Shown: positions 11,055-20,296, counted from the stretch's first letter. The stretch: 64,000 bases of DNA from Candidatus Stahliibacteriota bacterium (GCA_004375895.1 SOJW01000035.1:42264-106263), one strand, 5' to 3'. The notes: generated by a model not told the origin, from the letters alone. Program-made: numbers and translations.

Positions 11055-13531
11055 CGCTGGTTCTTATAGACGGGCACTCCATCGCCTACCGGTCATACTT
11101 TGCTTACATCAAGAAACCACTCCGAGATTCGTCTGGCCGTAACACCTCCGCAATCTTCGGTTTCCTTCAGGCCATGGATAAGATTGCCGAGCATTATCCG
11201 ACAGATCACATGGTCATAACCTTCGACGCAGGCAGGCGAGTGTTCCGCCACGATAAGTTCGAAGATTATAAGAAAGACAGACCCCAGATGCCGGACGATC
11301 TGGTATGGCAGGTGCCCATGATCACGAGGGTAGCAAAACTGCAGGGTCTGCCGGTGCTCCTCAAGGAAGGCTACGAGGCTGACGACATCATGGCCACCAT
11401 TACAGATAAGCTTGCCAAGAACTTCTCCAAGGTGGTAATCGTTTCAGGCGACAAGGATCTCTATCAGCTGGTGTGCGGCAAGGTGGTGATCTATGACCCT
11501 TACAAGGACGAGGAGTTTGACCCTGAAAAGGTGAAGGGAAAGATGGGCGTTGGGCCTGAACGCATCACCGATCTTTTGGCCCTTATGGGCGATTCAGTAG
11601 ACGGGGTGCCAGGTGTTCCGGGCATCGGCCCCAAGCGGGCAAAGGACTTGCTGGAAAAGTATGGTGATCTGGCAACCGCACTCCAAAAGGAAGAAAAGCT
11701 TGCCGAGCATCGGGAGGTTGCAGAGCTCTCCTACGAGCTTGTTCAGCTGCATCGCGACGTGCCGATTGAAGTTGACGAGGACTCACTCAAGCGCACCGAA
11801 CCGAACGACGCTGGACTTCAGGATATGTATAACGAGCTTGGGTTTACGTCAAGGTTGTCCAGGATGAAGGTAAGGGATAAGACAGCAAAGCTGGAGATCA
11901 CCAAGGGTGAATTTAAACCCAAAAAGGGCGACCCCATATCCTTTATATTCGAGGAGAACTCCGGACAGCGCGATATGTTCGATGAAAGTGAGGAGGAGTG
12001 TTACGGGTGGACGAGAATCCTGGCCTCAGACGGGTTCACGGTGGCGGAGATCACCGAAGATCAAGCGCGTAAACTATTTTCTGAGGAGTGCTACCCCAAG
12101 ATACTGTGGGCGGCAAAGCCCCTGCTGCGCGCCGGGTTCCAGATCAAGGGCAAGCTTTACGACATCCACCTCATGGCGTTTATCGAAAACTCAGATTTGA
12201 GCTTAAGGACCCTGGAACGTGTCTTGGTGCACACTGCAGGCAGACCCATCTCCTCCCCTGCTGACACTGCGAACCTGATGCACGAAGCCGCAGAGCATTA
12301 TCAAAAGGAACTTGAGAACGTGGGGGCATGGGATGTGTACGAGAAGATGGAGGTCCCGCTCATCCCGGTACTTACTAAAATGGAGCAGCGCGGGGTGAGG
12401 CTGGATACCTCATACTTCGGAAAATTAACCGATGGCTGGGAAGGCGAGTTGAAGAAGTTAGAGGAAGAAATCCATGCGATAGCAGAGCAAAAGTTCACCA
12501 TAGGCTCGCCCAAGCAGCTTGCAGAGGTGCTTTTTACCGAGCTTGGCCTTCGTCCCCGCAAACGGACCAAGACCGGCTACTCCACCGCCGCAGGTGTTCT
12601 TGAAGAGATGGCTGACGAGCATCCCATCATACCCAAGGTACTCCAGTGGCGCGCCTTCTCCAAGCTCTTATCGACCTATCTCAGACCTCTGGTTACCCTG
12701 GTGGATAAGGATTCAAGGATACATACGACCTTCGACCAGACCGGTGCGGCCACCGGCAGGTTATCGACCAAGGACCCCAACCTTCAGAACATCCCTATCA
12801 GGGGTGAGCGCGGCCCACAGGTACGTGCAGGGTTTATCGCAAGCCCGGGCTACAAACTCTTATCAGCCGACTACTCACAGATCGAGCTCCGGGTGCTCGC
12901 CCACGTTGCAGAAGATGAAGCGTTGGCCAAGGTATTCCACGACGGTCGGGACGTGCATACCGAGACCTCGATGCGTATCTTCGGGTTGAAGGAAGCTGAC
13001 GTCACCCGCGACCACCGGCGCATGGCCAAGGCGATCAATTACGGGATAATCTACGGCATGGGTCCCTATGGTTTCGCGCGCCGCATGGGTGTGACCACCG
13101 AAGAGGCCTCGCTCTTCATCGAACGCTACCTCGCTTCATTCCCCCAGGTGTCGGCTTGGCGGGAGCAGATTCTTGTGGACGCAAGGGAAAACGGATACGT
13201 ATCCACGATAGCAGGAAGAGTCCGCCGACTCCCGGTTATCTCAGACCGTATGGACATAGCCGAGCGCGCAGCTCTCAACGCACCTATACAGGGGTCTGCT
13301 GCGGATATAATAAAAAAGGCGATGATTACGGTGGAGAAGAATCTCGAAAAGGCGGGGATAGAGCCGGGCATGCTTCTTCAGATCCACGACGAGTTGTTGT
13401 TCGAGGTGAAAGAAAGCGAGGTGGAAAAGGCGAAGAAGATCGTCAAGAAGGACATGGAGTCGGCCTACAAGCTCTCGGTACCGCTTGAGGTGGAGATAGG
13501 GGTAGGTGATAACTGGGCGCAGGCGCATTAG
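11051..13531 (+). CDS. polA: DNA polymerase I (5'-3' exonuclease plus polymerase domains, Taq-like length)
   Basis: 826 aa. N-terminal 5'-nuclease LIDGHSIAYRSYFA. Polymerase motifs RRMAKAINYGIIYGM and QIHDELLFE. GTG start overlaps the upstream stop. Confidence 0.95.
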   Translation: MTLVLIDGHSIAYRSYFAYIKKPLRDSSGRNTSAIFGFLQAMDKIAEHYPTDHMVITFDAGRRVFRHDKFEDYKKDRPQMPDDLVWQVPMITRVAKLQGLPVLLKEGYEADDIMATITDKLAKNFSKVVIVSGDKDLYQLVCGKVVIYDPYKDEEFDPEKVKGKMGVGPERITDLLALMGDSVDGVPGVPGIGPKRAKDLLEKYGDLATALQKEEKLAEHREVAELSYELVQLHRDVPIEVDEDSLKRTEPNDAGLQDMYNELGFTSRLSRMKVRDKTAKLEITKGEFKPKKGDPISFIFEENSGQRDMFDESEEECYGWTRILASDGFTVAEITEDQARKLFSEECYPKILWAAKPLLRAGFQIKGKLYDIHLMAFIENSDLSLRTLERVLVHTAGRPISSPADTANLMHEAAEHYQKELENVGAWDVYEKMEVPLIPVLTKMEQRGVRLDTSYFGKLTDGWEGELKKLEEEIHAIAEQKFTIGSPKQLAEVLFTELGLRPRKRTKTGYSTAAGVLEEMADEHPIIPKVLQWRAFSKLLSTYLRPLVTLVDKDSRIHTTFDQTGAATGRLSTKDPNLQNIPIRGERGPQVRAGFIASPGYKLLSADYSQIELRVLAHVAEDEALAKVFHDGRDVHTETSMRIFGLKEADVTRDHRRMAKAINYGIIYGMGPYGFARRMGVTTEEASLFIERYLASFPQVSAWREQILVDARENGYVSTIAGRVRRLPVISDRMDIAERAALNAPIQGSAADIIKKAMITVEKNLEKAGIEPGMLLQIHDELLFEVKESEVEKAKKIVKKDMESAYKLSVPLEVEIGVGDNWAQAH

Positions 13532-13584
13532 GGGGAGAATTGAACCACAGATTACACCGATTTCACGGATTAAGGTTTGATTAT

Positions 13585-13633
13585 GGAGTGCAACGAGCGC
13601 CTCGTTGCCGCAACAACACGGTTGTTGCACTCC
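13585..13633 (+). repeat. Structured repeat family 'GGAGTG-2 hairpins-CACTCC', copy 1
   Basis: GGAGTG-[CAACGAG cgc CTCGTTG]-ccg-[CAACAAC acg GTTGTTG]-CACTCC. Other copies at 31400, 33157 and 41192. Confidence 0.7.
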
Positions 13634-13659
13634 AAAGTCACGAGGGTAGAAAAAAATGA

Positions 13660-13750
13660 AACACGGAGATCACAGAGAACACGGAGAAAACCATATGAAT
13701 AATTATAATAATCCCCTCCTCTGTGTTCTCCGTGTGCTCTGTGGTTTTAA
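13660..13750 (+). repeat. Long imperfect inverted repeat (~25-bp arms, ~35-nt AT-rich loop) downstream of polA
   Basis: cacggagatcacagagaacacggag ... ctcctctgtgttctccgtgtgctctgtgg. Confidence 0.5.
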
Positions 13751-13756
13751 TACCCT

Positions 13757-14167
13757 ATGACCTGGACACCGCCTAAGACACCCTATCTCACGGTTGACTG
13801 CATCATCAGATACAAGCAAGGGATTGTGCTGATCCAGCGTAGGCATCCGCCCGAAGGCTGGGCCCTGCCCGGAGGATTCTGCGAGATCGGCGAGACGGTC
13901 GAGGACGCGGTGCGCCGGGAGGTGCGCGAGGAGACCGGGCTGGAGCTTGAGAACTTAAAGCAGTTCCGCGTCTACTCCGACCCAGCCCGCGACCCCCGCT
14001 TCCACACCGCCTCAGTGGTCTTTGCCGCCGACGGCATTGGTGTGTTACGGGGCGGAAGCGACGCAAAGGTTGCGAGAGTGTTTAAGTTGGATGAGCTGCC
14101 GGAAGAGATTTGTTTTGACCATCGAGAGATTATACAAGACTACATTGTCAATCTTTCATCTACGTGA
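13757..14167 (+). CDS. NUDIX hydrolase
   Basis: Nudix box GGFCEIGETVEDAVRREVREETGL. Confidence 0.8.
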   Translation: MTWTPPKTPYLTVDCIIRYKQGIVLIQRRHPPEGWALPGGFCEIGETVEDAVRREVREETGLELENLKQFRVYSDPARDPRFHTASVVFAADGIGVLRGGSDAKVARVFKLDELPEEICFDHREIIQDYIVNLSST

Positions 14168-14647
14168 GTCCTCCCTACCATAAGTTTTCGGGCTGACCTA
14201 AAGGTCAGCCCCTACAGGGGATTGCGCTACCCCTCCCCCTTCATCCCCCTCCACAAAGGGAGGGGGAAAACTCCCAGTAACGACACTGACACCTTTTACC
14301 CCTCCATCTCGATGGGGGAGGTTGGGAGGAGGTGAAGCCTCTTTCCACTCCACCTACCCCCTACCCTATGGGGCGCAGTAAAATTGGCGCCCCAAGGGGC
14401 ACGCTGTCCACCAAGGAGGGGGAATAATACACTCCTTCAGAGCCCTCCTTCAATAAGGGGACAATGTAGCGCAGGCTCAGCGTGCCCCTGTCGGGTGCTC
14501 CAGCCTGCGCTGATATATTATTAAACAGGCTAGAGAGCCTGTTCTACATTTTACATTCGCTGTAAGCGAAAAGGAGCATTAGAATCAGTTGACAGACCCC
14601 ATCTTATCCGTATCCTCATAAGCAAAAACAAACCATAAGGAGGAGAA

Positions 14648-14971
14648 TTGGCCATAACCATGGACGACTTCAAAAAGATTGACCTGCGTGTAGCTAAGAT
14701 TACCGAGGCCGAGAGGATTGAAGGAACCGATAAGCTCTTAAAGCTCAAGGTAACGCTCGGGGTCGAGGAGCGCCAGCTTGTGGCAGGAATAGCCCAGCAT
14801 TACTCTCCTGAAGAATTGGTGGGCAAGCAGCTTATCGTGGTTACGAACCTTGAGCCAGCGTTGATAAAAGGCGTGGAGTCTCAGGGTATGCTTCTGGCAA
14901 CGGTAAGCCAGGGCAGGGTGATCCTGGCAACCATGGACGCCGAAACAGAGCCCGGCTCCAAGATACTTTAG
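14648..14971 (+). CDS. tRNA-binding protein (CsaA/Trbp111, EMAP-II-like OB fold)
   Basis: DLRVAKITEAERIEGTDKLLKLKVTLG...LVGKQLIVVTNLEPALIKGVESQGMLLA. Confidence 0.8.
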   Translation: MAITMDDFKKIDLRVAKITEAERIEGTDKLLKLKVTLGVEERQLVAGIAQHYSPEELVGKQLIVVTNLEPALIKGVESQGMLLATVSQGRVILATMDAETEPGSKIL

Positions 14972-14972
14972 G

Positions 14973-15842
14973 ATGTTCGACACCCATACCCACCTTTGTC
15001 ATAAATCCTTCCGTAAGGATCGTGAGGAGGCGTTTGATAGGGCACTGGAAGCGGGCGTGAATCTCATGCTTGAGATTAGCTGGGACGTTCGCTCAAGCGA
15101 GGCAGCCATCCGGTTTGCCGAGGATCACGAAGGCGTGTGGGTGGCGGTAGGTTATCATCCACACGAGTCTCGTAACACCCGTACCCCTTCGGGGCATTCT
15201 CATAATTATTCGGAGCTTACGCTCCGCTCACAAGGAAATAACACCCGCCCCCCTTCGGGGGATTCTCATAATCAGCTTGAATCACAAGGAAATAACACAC
15301 CCAATTATCTGCAAAGGCTTGAAGAGTTAAGTAAACATCAAAAGGTCAAGGCGATAGGCGAGATCGGTCTTGACTACTACAGGGATCTATCGCCGCGGGA
15401 TGTACAGAAGCGGGTGTTTGCAGAGCAGATCGAGCTTGCCGATGAACTCAAGCTACCCATGGTGATCCACTGTCGTGACGCGATGGATGATGTTCTGCCG
15501 ATCGTTGCCGAGCAAGGTTACTACCGGGGCGTTTTTCACTCGATTTCTGCAGACTCGGAGCAGGCACAGAAGATTGTGGGGCTGGGATTCTATCTTGGCA
15601 TCAACGGGACGCTGACCTATGATAGCAAGAGGACCAAAAGCTGGTTGCCTCGGGTTCCGAAAGAGCGGTTGCTTATCGAGACCGACTGCCCCTACCTTGC
15701 GCCTGTCCCCTATCGTCGCGAGCGCAACGAACCCGCGTACGTAAGATACGTGGCCGAGGCGGTAGCCGGTGTCCTAGAGACATCGGTTGAAGAGATCGGA
15801 GATCTAACCGAGAAGAACGGGAAGGAGCTCTTCCTTGGCTAG
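14973..15842 (+). CDS. tatD: TatD-family metal-dependent hydrolase carrying a ~120-bp in-frame repeat-element insertion
   Basis: MFDTHTHLCH and GEIGLDYY motifs. A foreign 40-aa segment RNTRTPSGHSHNYSELTLRSQGNNTRPPSGDSHNQLESQGNNT sits at 15171-15305 and is encoded by the GTTACGG/hairpin element. Confidence 0.85.
   Translation: MFDTHTHLCHKSFRKDREEAFDRALEAGVNLMLEISWDVRSSEAAIRFAEDHEGVWVAVGYHPHESRNTRTPSGHSHNYSELTLRSQGNNTRPPSGDSHNQLESQGNNTPNYLQRLEELSKHQKVKAIGEIGLDYYRDLSPRDVQKRVFAEQIELADELKLPMVIHCRDAMDDVLPIVAEQGYYRGVFHSISADSEQAQKIVGLGFYLGINGTLTYDSKRTKSWLPRVPKERLLIETDCPYLAPVPYRRERNEPAYVRYVAEAVAGVLETSVEEIGDLTEKNGKELFLG
15171..15305 (+). repeat. GTTACGG/hairpin element inserted in frame in tatD, as two tandem units of 66 and 54 bp
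   Basis: Unit: AACACCCG..CCCCTTCGGGG(UUCG-type hairpin)CATTCTCATAAT..CGGAGCTTACGCTCCG..CACAAGGAAAT. About 95% identical to the reverse complement of 63851-63935. Confidence 0.8.
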
Positions 15843-16674
15843 AACCCGGATTGTTCACGTTCATCCGAAAAAGAGACTGGGACAGCACTTTCTGCGCAGA
15901 AAAGAGATAGCGCAGAGGATAGTGGACGCGCTTGAGGTGACCGAGAAAGACACGGTGGTAGAGGTCGGCGCTGGGACAGGCGAACTTACCCGGTTGATTA
16001 TAAAGCAAGCAGGTAAGGTGGTTGCGGTTGAGGTTGACGAGACCTGTTTCCCGACACTCCAGGTTCTTGCCGATCTCAATCACAATCTTGAGTTGTTTTT
16101 AGACGATGTGAGGAAATTGGATCTGTCTCATTATGCGTGTGTTACGGGTGTTACGGGTGGGTGTGTTACGGGTGTTACGGGTAAGGGTGTTACGGGTGTC
16201 CTCGGCAATCTCCCCTATCACCTCTCGGCAGAGATACTGTTCTGGCTGCTGGGACAGAGAAAGTATTGGCAGAGAGCGGTTCTTACGGTGCAGGCGGAGT
16301 TCGCGGCTCGCCTGGCAGCTGAGGTTGGCTCTCACGACTACTCGGCACTCTCGGTTATCGCCCAGACCTTTATCACTACCGAAAAGCTTTTCGACATCCC
16401 TGCCGAAGCCTTCGTACCGCCCCCCAAGGTGAAATCAACTACTATAAGAATACAGCCTATCGATAAAGTTGAGATCCCCCTATCTGAGGAGGACTTCATC
16501 AAGTTTGTCCGCTCGTGCTTTGCCCATCGCCGCAAGAGGCTTGCCAACAACCTCAAGATGATGGGTATACCCACTCCAGACAAGCTTTTAGAAGAACTGG
16601 GGCACTCGCCAACCGTCCGCCCCCAGGAACTCTCATCCCATGACTACATTCGGTTTATTAACGCTGCTCGTTAG
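15835..16674 (+). CDS. rsmA: 16S rRNA (adenine1518/1519-N6)-dimethyltransferase RsmA/KsgA with an in-frame 9-bp tandem-repeat insertion
   Basis: LGQHFLRRKEIAQRIVDAL, VVEVGAGTGELT, and GNLPY carrying an inserted CVTGVTGGCVTGVTGKGVTGV segment. Confidence 0.85.
   Translation: MARTRIVHVHPKKRLGQHFLRRKEIAQRIVDALEVTEKDTVVEVGAGTGELTRLIIKQAGKVVAVEVDETCFPTLQVLADLNHNLELFLDDVRKLDLSHYACVTGVTGGCVTGVTGKGVTGVLGNLPYHLSAEILFWLLGQRKYWQRAVLTVQAEFAARLAAEVGSHDYSALSVIAQTFITTEKLFDIPAEAFVPPPKVKSTTIRIQPIDKVEIPLSEEDFIKFVRSCFAHRRKRLANNLKMMGIPTPDKLLEELGHSPTVRPQELSSHDYIRFINAAR
16135..16200 (+). repeat. (GTGTTACGG)n, ~6 tandem 9-bp repeats in frame within rsmA
   Basis: gtgttacgggtgttacgggtgggtgtgttacgggtgttacgggtaagggtgttacggg. 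Confidence 0.85.
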
Positions 16675-18427
16675 CGCGTTCGGCTCGGACACGGTTATCG
16701 TCTACTCGTCCGGGTATAACAACATGCTGCAACGCGGGGTATGGAACAGCGTTTACTTTGAGCGTAAACTGGGAAAAGAACTCTCCTTAACCCTGAATGA
16801 GTGGTATTCAATAAGCTGGGACTCTCTATCCAAGGACCTTCGTCGCAGCGCGTATAACACCGTAGGTGTAATCTACAACCCTGCCCAGTGGCTCGCGATC
16901 AAAAGCGGACTCACCGGCTCTCGTTCACTGACGGAAGAAGCCGACGGCAGCCAGGGCTACACCCGGTACTCCTCCGAAGGTTTCATAAGAACCACAACGT
17001 CAACAGACCTCCTCTACTCCGATTATGAACTAAGATACGGCAAGGAACGTTCCGCCATCTCAGGGCCCGAAGCGGGATGGTCTATTGACGAGATAAAAAA
17101 GGACGCAGCCACCATAAAAATCCGTACAGATCCATGTACCCTGAGTATCTACCATCATCTGGATCGCCACACCACCTGGTCAGATGGCGGTGACACCCTG
17201 CAAGTAACGCTCGCACGTATCCCTTTCCTTAAAGGCTACCTCTTAAGCGGAACCGAGTTCGGCCGCCGCCGCACCAAAGGCTACTCAGACTACGAGGGAC
17301 TTGGGGCTAAGTTCTGGGTGAAGGATACGCTGAGAATTACCCCACATGTAGGGCTCTCTATCGGCGCTTCCTACATGCTGGATACGCTTACAAACAACCT
17401 GTGGAAGGATCTAACATACAGCGAGGAGGAGCGCAACCTGAGCGCACGCGTAAGTTATGCCCCATTCAAACGGACAAACCTCCAGATTGAGCTGAGAAAC
17501 GAACAAAACTTTCACGACCAGGTTGACGACTACTACGATGAAGAATCCTTTAAGCACTCCTTCACCGGCAGTATCTCGCACAACTTCTACAGACGTCCAG
17601 CGCAAGCGCGGAATATATGGGGCATGGCTGTCAACTTCATCTCACCCGGATCGATCCTCTTCTCTCACAGCTTATCACTTGAGCGCATCTTTACACCCGA
17701 CTCGGCCAACGCCCTTGATCGGGATAACTTCAAAGAGCGACTTAGCCTTTCAGCAACACTGAGGCCAGGGGAAAACCTCTCCACATACTTTACTCTGAGT
17801 CATTACATCCAGCGCACACACTACACGGACACAATCAACACAAGTTATGCCGGGAGTTCAAACGAACGCAGATCCAGCAACGCCACGTGGAATCTTAACC
17901 TTGAGGTTCCCCGCTACCTGGCTATATCAAACTCGGCAAACCTCTACTTTGATTGGACAAGATACTATAACGACTCCACCCTGAACAGGGCCGACAGAAC
18001 CTGGAAGGAGCAAATCTCTGTGAGCGTGTTCCCGCAAGCTGCGCTAGAGCCGGGTGTAAATTTGGGCTGGGAGCGTTACGAAAACTGGCGAGTGATCTCA
18101 GGCGCATTGGTGCGTAGGGGTCTTAAGGATGTATTTGAGCAACGTTACAGCATCTCTTTTGTCCAGAAACGCAAAGAGGAGGCGCCGAGATGGTGGTCGC
18201 AACCGTATTGGGAGCGGGAGTGGTTAAGAATCACAGGATTTGCAGGGATAAGGATGGAAATAACACCTGCCGAACCCCAGGGGTTGTGGCAAGAAAGCCG
18301 GTTTGCAGGGATAGAAATCTCGGCTTGTCCATGGCCCTATCTTTCATTAAACGGCAGGATAAAATTTACAAGGAGCAACTATGAAGTGCCTTTTGAGGCT
18401 TCTTGCTTCCTCAGCAGTTCTTTCTAG
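16640..18427 (+). CDS. Hypothetical outer-membrane beta-barrel protein
   Basis: Short signal peptide, abundant alternating aromatic/polar beta-strand pattern, C-terminal ...SSSF with terminal Phe. Start uncertain because it overlaps the rsmA end. Confidence 0.5.
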   Translation: MTTFGLLTLLVSAFGSDTVIVYSSGYNNMLQRGVWNSVYFERKLGKELSLTLNEWYSISWDSLSKDLRRSAYNTVGVIYNPAQWLAIKSGLTGSRSLTEEADGSQGYTRYSSEGFIRTTTSTDLLYSDYELRYGKERSAISGPEAGWSIDEIKKDAATIKIRTDPCTLSIYHHLDRHTTWSDGGDTLQVTLARIPFLKGYLLSGTEFGRRRTKGYSDYEGLGAKFWVKDTLRITPHVGLSIGASYMLDTLTNNLWKDLTYSEEERNLSARVSYAPFKRTNLQIELRNEQNFHDQVDDYYDEESFKHSFTGSISHNFYRRPAQARNIWGMAVNFISPGSILFSHSLSLERIFTPDSANALDRDNFKERLSLSATLRPGENLSTYFTLSHYIQRTHYTDTINTSYAGSSNERRSSNATWNLNLEVPRYLAISNSANLYFDWTRYYNDSTLNRADRTWKEQISVSVFPQAALEPGVNLGWERYENWRVISGALVRRGLKDVFEQRYSISFVQKRKEEAPRWWSQPYWEREWLRITGFAGIRMEITPAEPQGLWQESRFAGIEISACPWPYLSLNGRIKFTRSNYEVPFEASCFLSSSF

Positions 18428-18992
18428 TTTGCTGGCAGGATGCAACCTCTTTAATCCCGAAGAGTACGCTGAAGATCTCAACCCCGTGGACTCCATGGCC
18501 GTCTTCCGCAATCTAGTTGACGCCCACAACACACTTGACTACGAGGCGTTCCTTTTATGCCTGGACCCAGCCACCTTCCGCTTCGTTCCGAAAGACACTA
18601 CCCAGGGCACATACTATAAACCGTGGGGCTATGCGGATGAGGACACGTTGACCTCCACCATGTTCAAGGAATTCAAAACCGAACGTCAGATCCCTCCTCT
18701 CCTCCTTCAGGTAGACACGACCTACTTCTCAGCCACAGACACCCTCGCCTACCTGTGTGCAAACTACCTCCTGATTACGCCTCTGAAGGAGTATGACACC
18801 CTTGGCGGAGGATTAGAGTTGGAGATTCTAAAGCGTGGAAACTACTGGTACATATCAACCTGGAAGGACGTAGCAGGCGAAACCCTATTTGTGGAGCACG
18901 AGACAGAAGAAGGCGAGACTACAATAGATACAATCCCCCCGAAGATAACCGAGCATGACTGGAGCGACCTTAAGGTTTACTTCCGCATGTAG
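18381..18992 (+). CDS. Hypothetical lipoprotein
   Basis: Signal peptide with lipobox LLAGC. Confidence 0.5.
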   Translation: MKCLLRLLASSAVLSSLLAGCNLFNPEEYAEDLNPVDSMAVFRNLVDAHNTLDYEAFLLCLDPATFRFVPKDTTQGTYYKPWGYADEDTLTSTMFKEFKTERQIPPLLLQVDTTYFSATDTLAYLCANYLLITPLKEYDTLGGGLELEILKRGNYWYISTWKDVAGETLFVEHETEEGETTIDTIPPKITEHDWSDLKVYFRM

Positions 18993-19013
18993 GTCGGCAG
19001 GTAGTTGTAGAAG

Positions 19014-19391
19014 TTATTGCTCCAAGACAGATGCAATTTCTCTTGCCGCCCTGCGCATATCAAGGAGGATCAATCCAAGATTGGCACCGTGATGGGTTAT
19101 GGCTACAAGAAGCGAGGATGCTCCAGACCGCATGATTAATATGTATCCTTTTGGTGCCCTGATATGCACCTCGGTAGGTTCCCCCTTGTCGAACTCCTCG
19201 GCGGTGCGGCAGGTCACCGTAGCAGCCGCCGCACATATCGCAGAGAGACGCTCCTCGTCAAGATTGGCGGCAAGCGAAGAAGCGATAACCAAACCCTCGT
19301 TTGTAGCTACTGCAGTGCCCTGGATGTCCGTATCCATCGTCCTTAATCTTTCAAGCATCTCGTGTATCTTCTCTGCCCGCGATTGGTTCAT
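19014..19391 (-). CDS. Roadblock/LC7 (MglB-like) domain protein
   Basis: GTAVATNEGLVIASS...SLLVAITHHGANLGLI pattern typical of the Roadblock/LC7 fold. No MglA-like GTPase adjacent. Confidence 0.65.
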   Translation of the reverse strand: MNQSRAEKIHEMLERLRTMDTDIQGTAVATNEGLVIASSLAANLDEERLSAICAAAATVTCRTAEEFDKGEPTEVHIRAPKGYILIMRSGASSLLVAITHHGANLGLILLDMRRAAREIASVLEQ

Positions 19392-19635
19392 CGCTTCCTC
19401 CTTTAGAACATTTAATTATTACACAAAATCAGGCCTGTGTCAAGGGGTGAGTTTTATGCTCCTTTCGTCGGAGGACGACGCTTGCGACCCGACAGGGTAA
19501 AGATCGCAGAGCAAAAAATGCAGGGGCCACTCATGCCTCGTCCATACTGATTCCGGATCCCCGCTTGTGCCCCGGTCGGGTGTCAGGTTCGCTTGACTCA
19601 GGCGAGTCTAAAGACTCGCGCTACATGTAGAGGTG

Positions 19636-20055
19636 TTACAAAGAGAGGAAGACTATCGCTGCAATGGCGGCTGCGATGCCAACGATGCGCTTCCAGGTTA
19701 AAGGTTCATTGAAGAAGATGATGGAGAATACGACGATCACAAGCACGTACTGGGAGGTGAGGGGGACGACGACGTTTAGAGATCCGCCCTTCTGAATCGC
19801 CCGGTTGAAGGCAAGTGCGGCAACCAAGGCGCCGATCCCGGCAAGGGCCGCGAAGAGCACGTAGCGGTCGAAGCGCCAGGTGAAAGGGCCGATACCCAGA
19901 GCCAACGCCAGGGGAAGGGCGGATATTGAGCCCACAAGCAGCGCCGCACGCCAGTCAAGCTGCTTCAGGGCAAACTTTAGGAGTATCCCCCACGCTCCCC
20001 AGCCCAGTATCGCTATCACTGATAGCACCCGCCAGTCAGAAAAAAGCTGCTTCAT
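19636..20055 (-). CDS. Small EamA/DMT-superfamily membrane protein (4 TM)
   Basis: Four hydrophobic helices and a length of 139 aa. Hairpin GCGAGTC-TAAA-GACTCGC at 19602-19619 lies just downstream. Confidence 0.6.
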   Translation of the reverse strand: MKQLFSDWRVLSVIAILGWGAWGILLKFALKQLDWRAALLVGSISALPLALALGIGPFTWRFDRYVLFAALAGIGALVAALAFNRAIQKGGSLNVVVPLTSQYVLVIVVFSIIFFNEPLTWKRIVGIAAAIAAIVFLSL

Positions 20056-20161
20056 AGGAAATTCTACGGCTTATTTGTCTCCCCGTCAACTCGAAAACAG
20101 TTGGCCTAAGGGGTTGACAAATTGTCATTAATGCCTTATATTTGGACAGCAAAGGAGGTAG

Positions 20162-20296
20162 TATGGCTAGAACGCGTTACTTTTTCTTCGAGGCGCTGAG
20201 GCGGATGGGTAACTCCCTCTTCAGCTTCTTCTCGCGCTGTGAAGACCGCGGCGTTCTGGCTCGAAGGGGGCAAGAAGCTCACCCAAAAGCGTTTTG
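20162..20296 (+). CDS. Small ORF (44 aa) with a strong promoter and RBS; function unknown
   Basis: TTGACA (20114)-16-TTATAT, then aaggagg, then ATG at 20162. Peptide MARTRYFFFEALRRMGNSLFSFFSRCEDRGVLARRGQEAHPKAF. Not in the supplied ORF track (<60 aa). Confidence 0.3.

Noticed and set aside
16135-16200. Possible CRISPR array suggested by regularly spaced GTTACGG repeats here and at 48531-48575 and 59975-60018
   Set aside because: Repeat period is 8-9 bp with no unique spacers of 25-40 bp, no leader, and no cas genes. The repeats lie inside an intact rsmA reading frame. They are microsatellite or MITE-like repeats, not CRISPR.
16099-16432. ORFs 16133..16432 (+, MRVLRVLRV...) and 16099..16335 (-, TRNTRNTPTRNTRNTR)
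   Set aside because: Both are out-of-frame or antisense translations of the tandem repeat inside rsmA. RsmA homology fixes the real frame.
20162-20296. Small ORF considered as ribosomal protein L34 (rpmH) because of its 44-aa length and MxRT...VLARR spacing
   Set aside because: It lacks the strongly basic composition and the HGFRxRM core of L34, and has no rnpA neighbour. It is kept only as an unknown small ORF.
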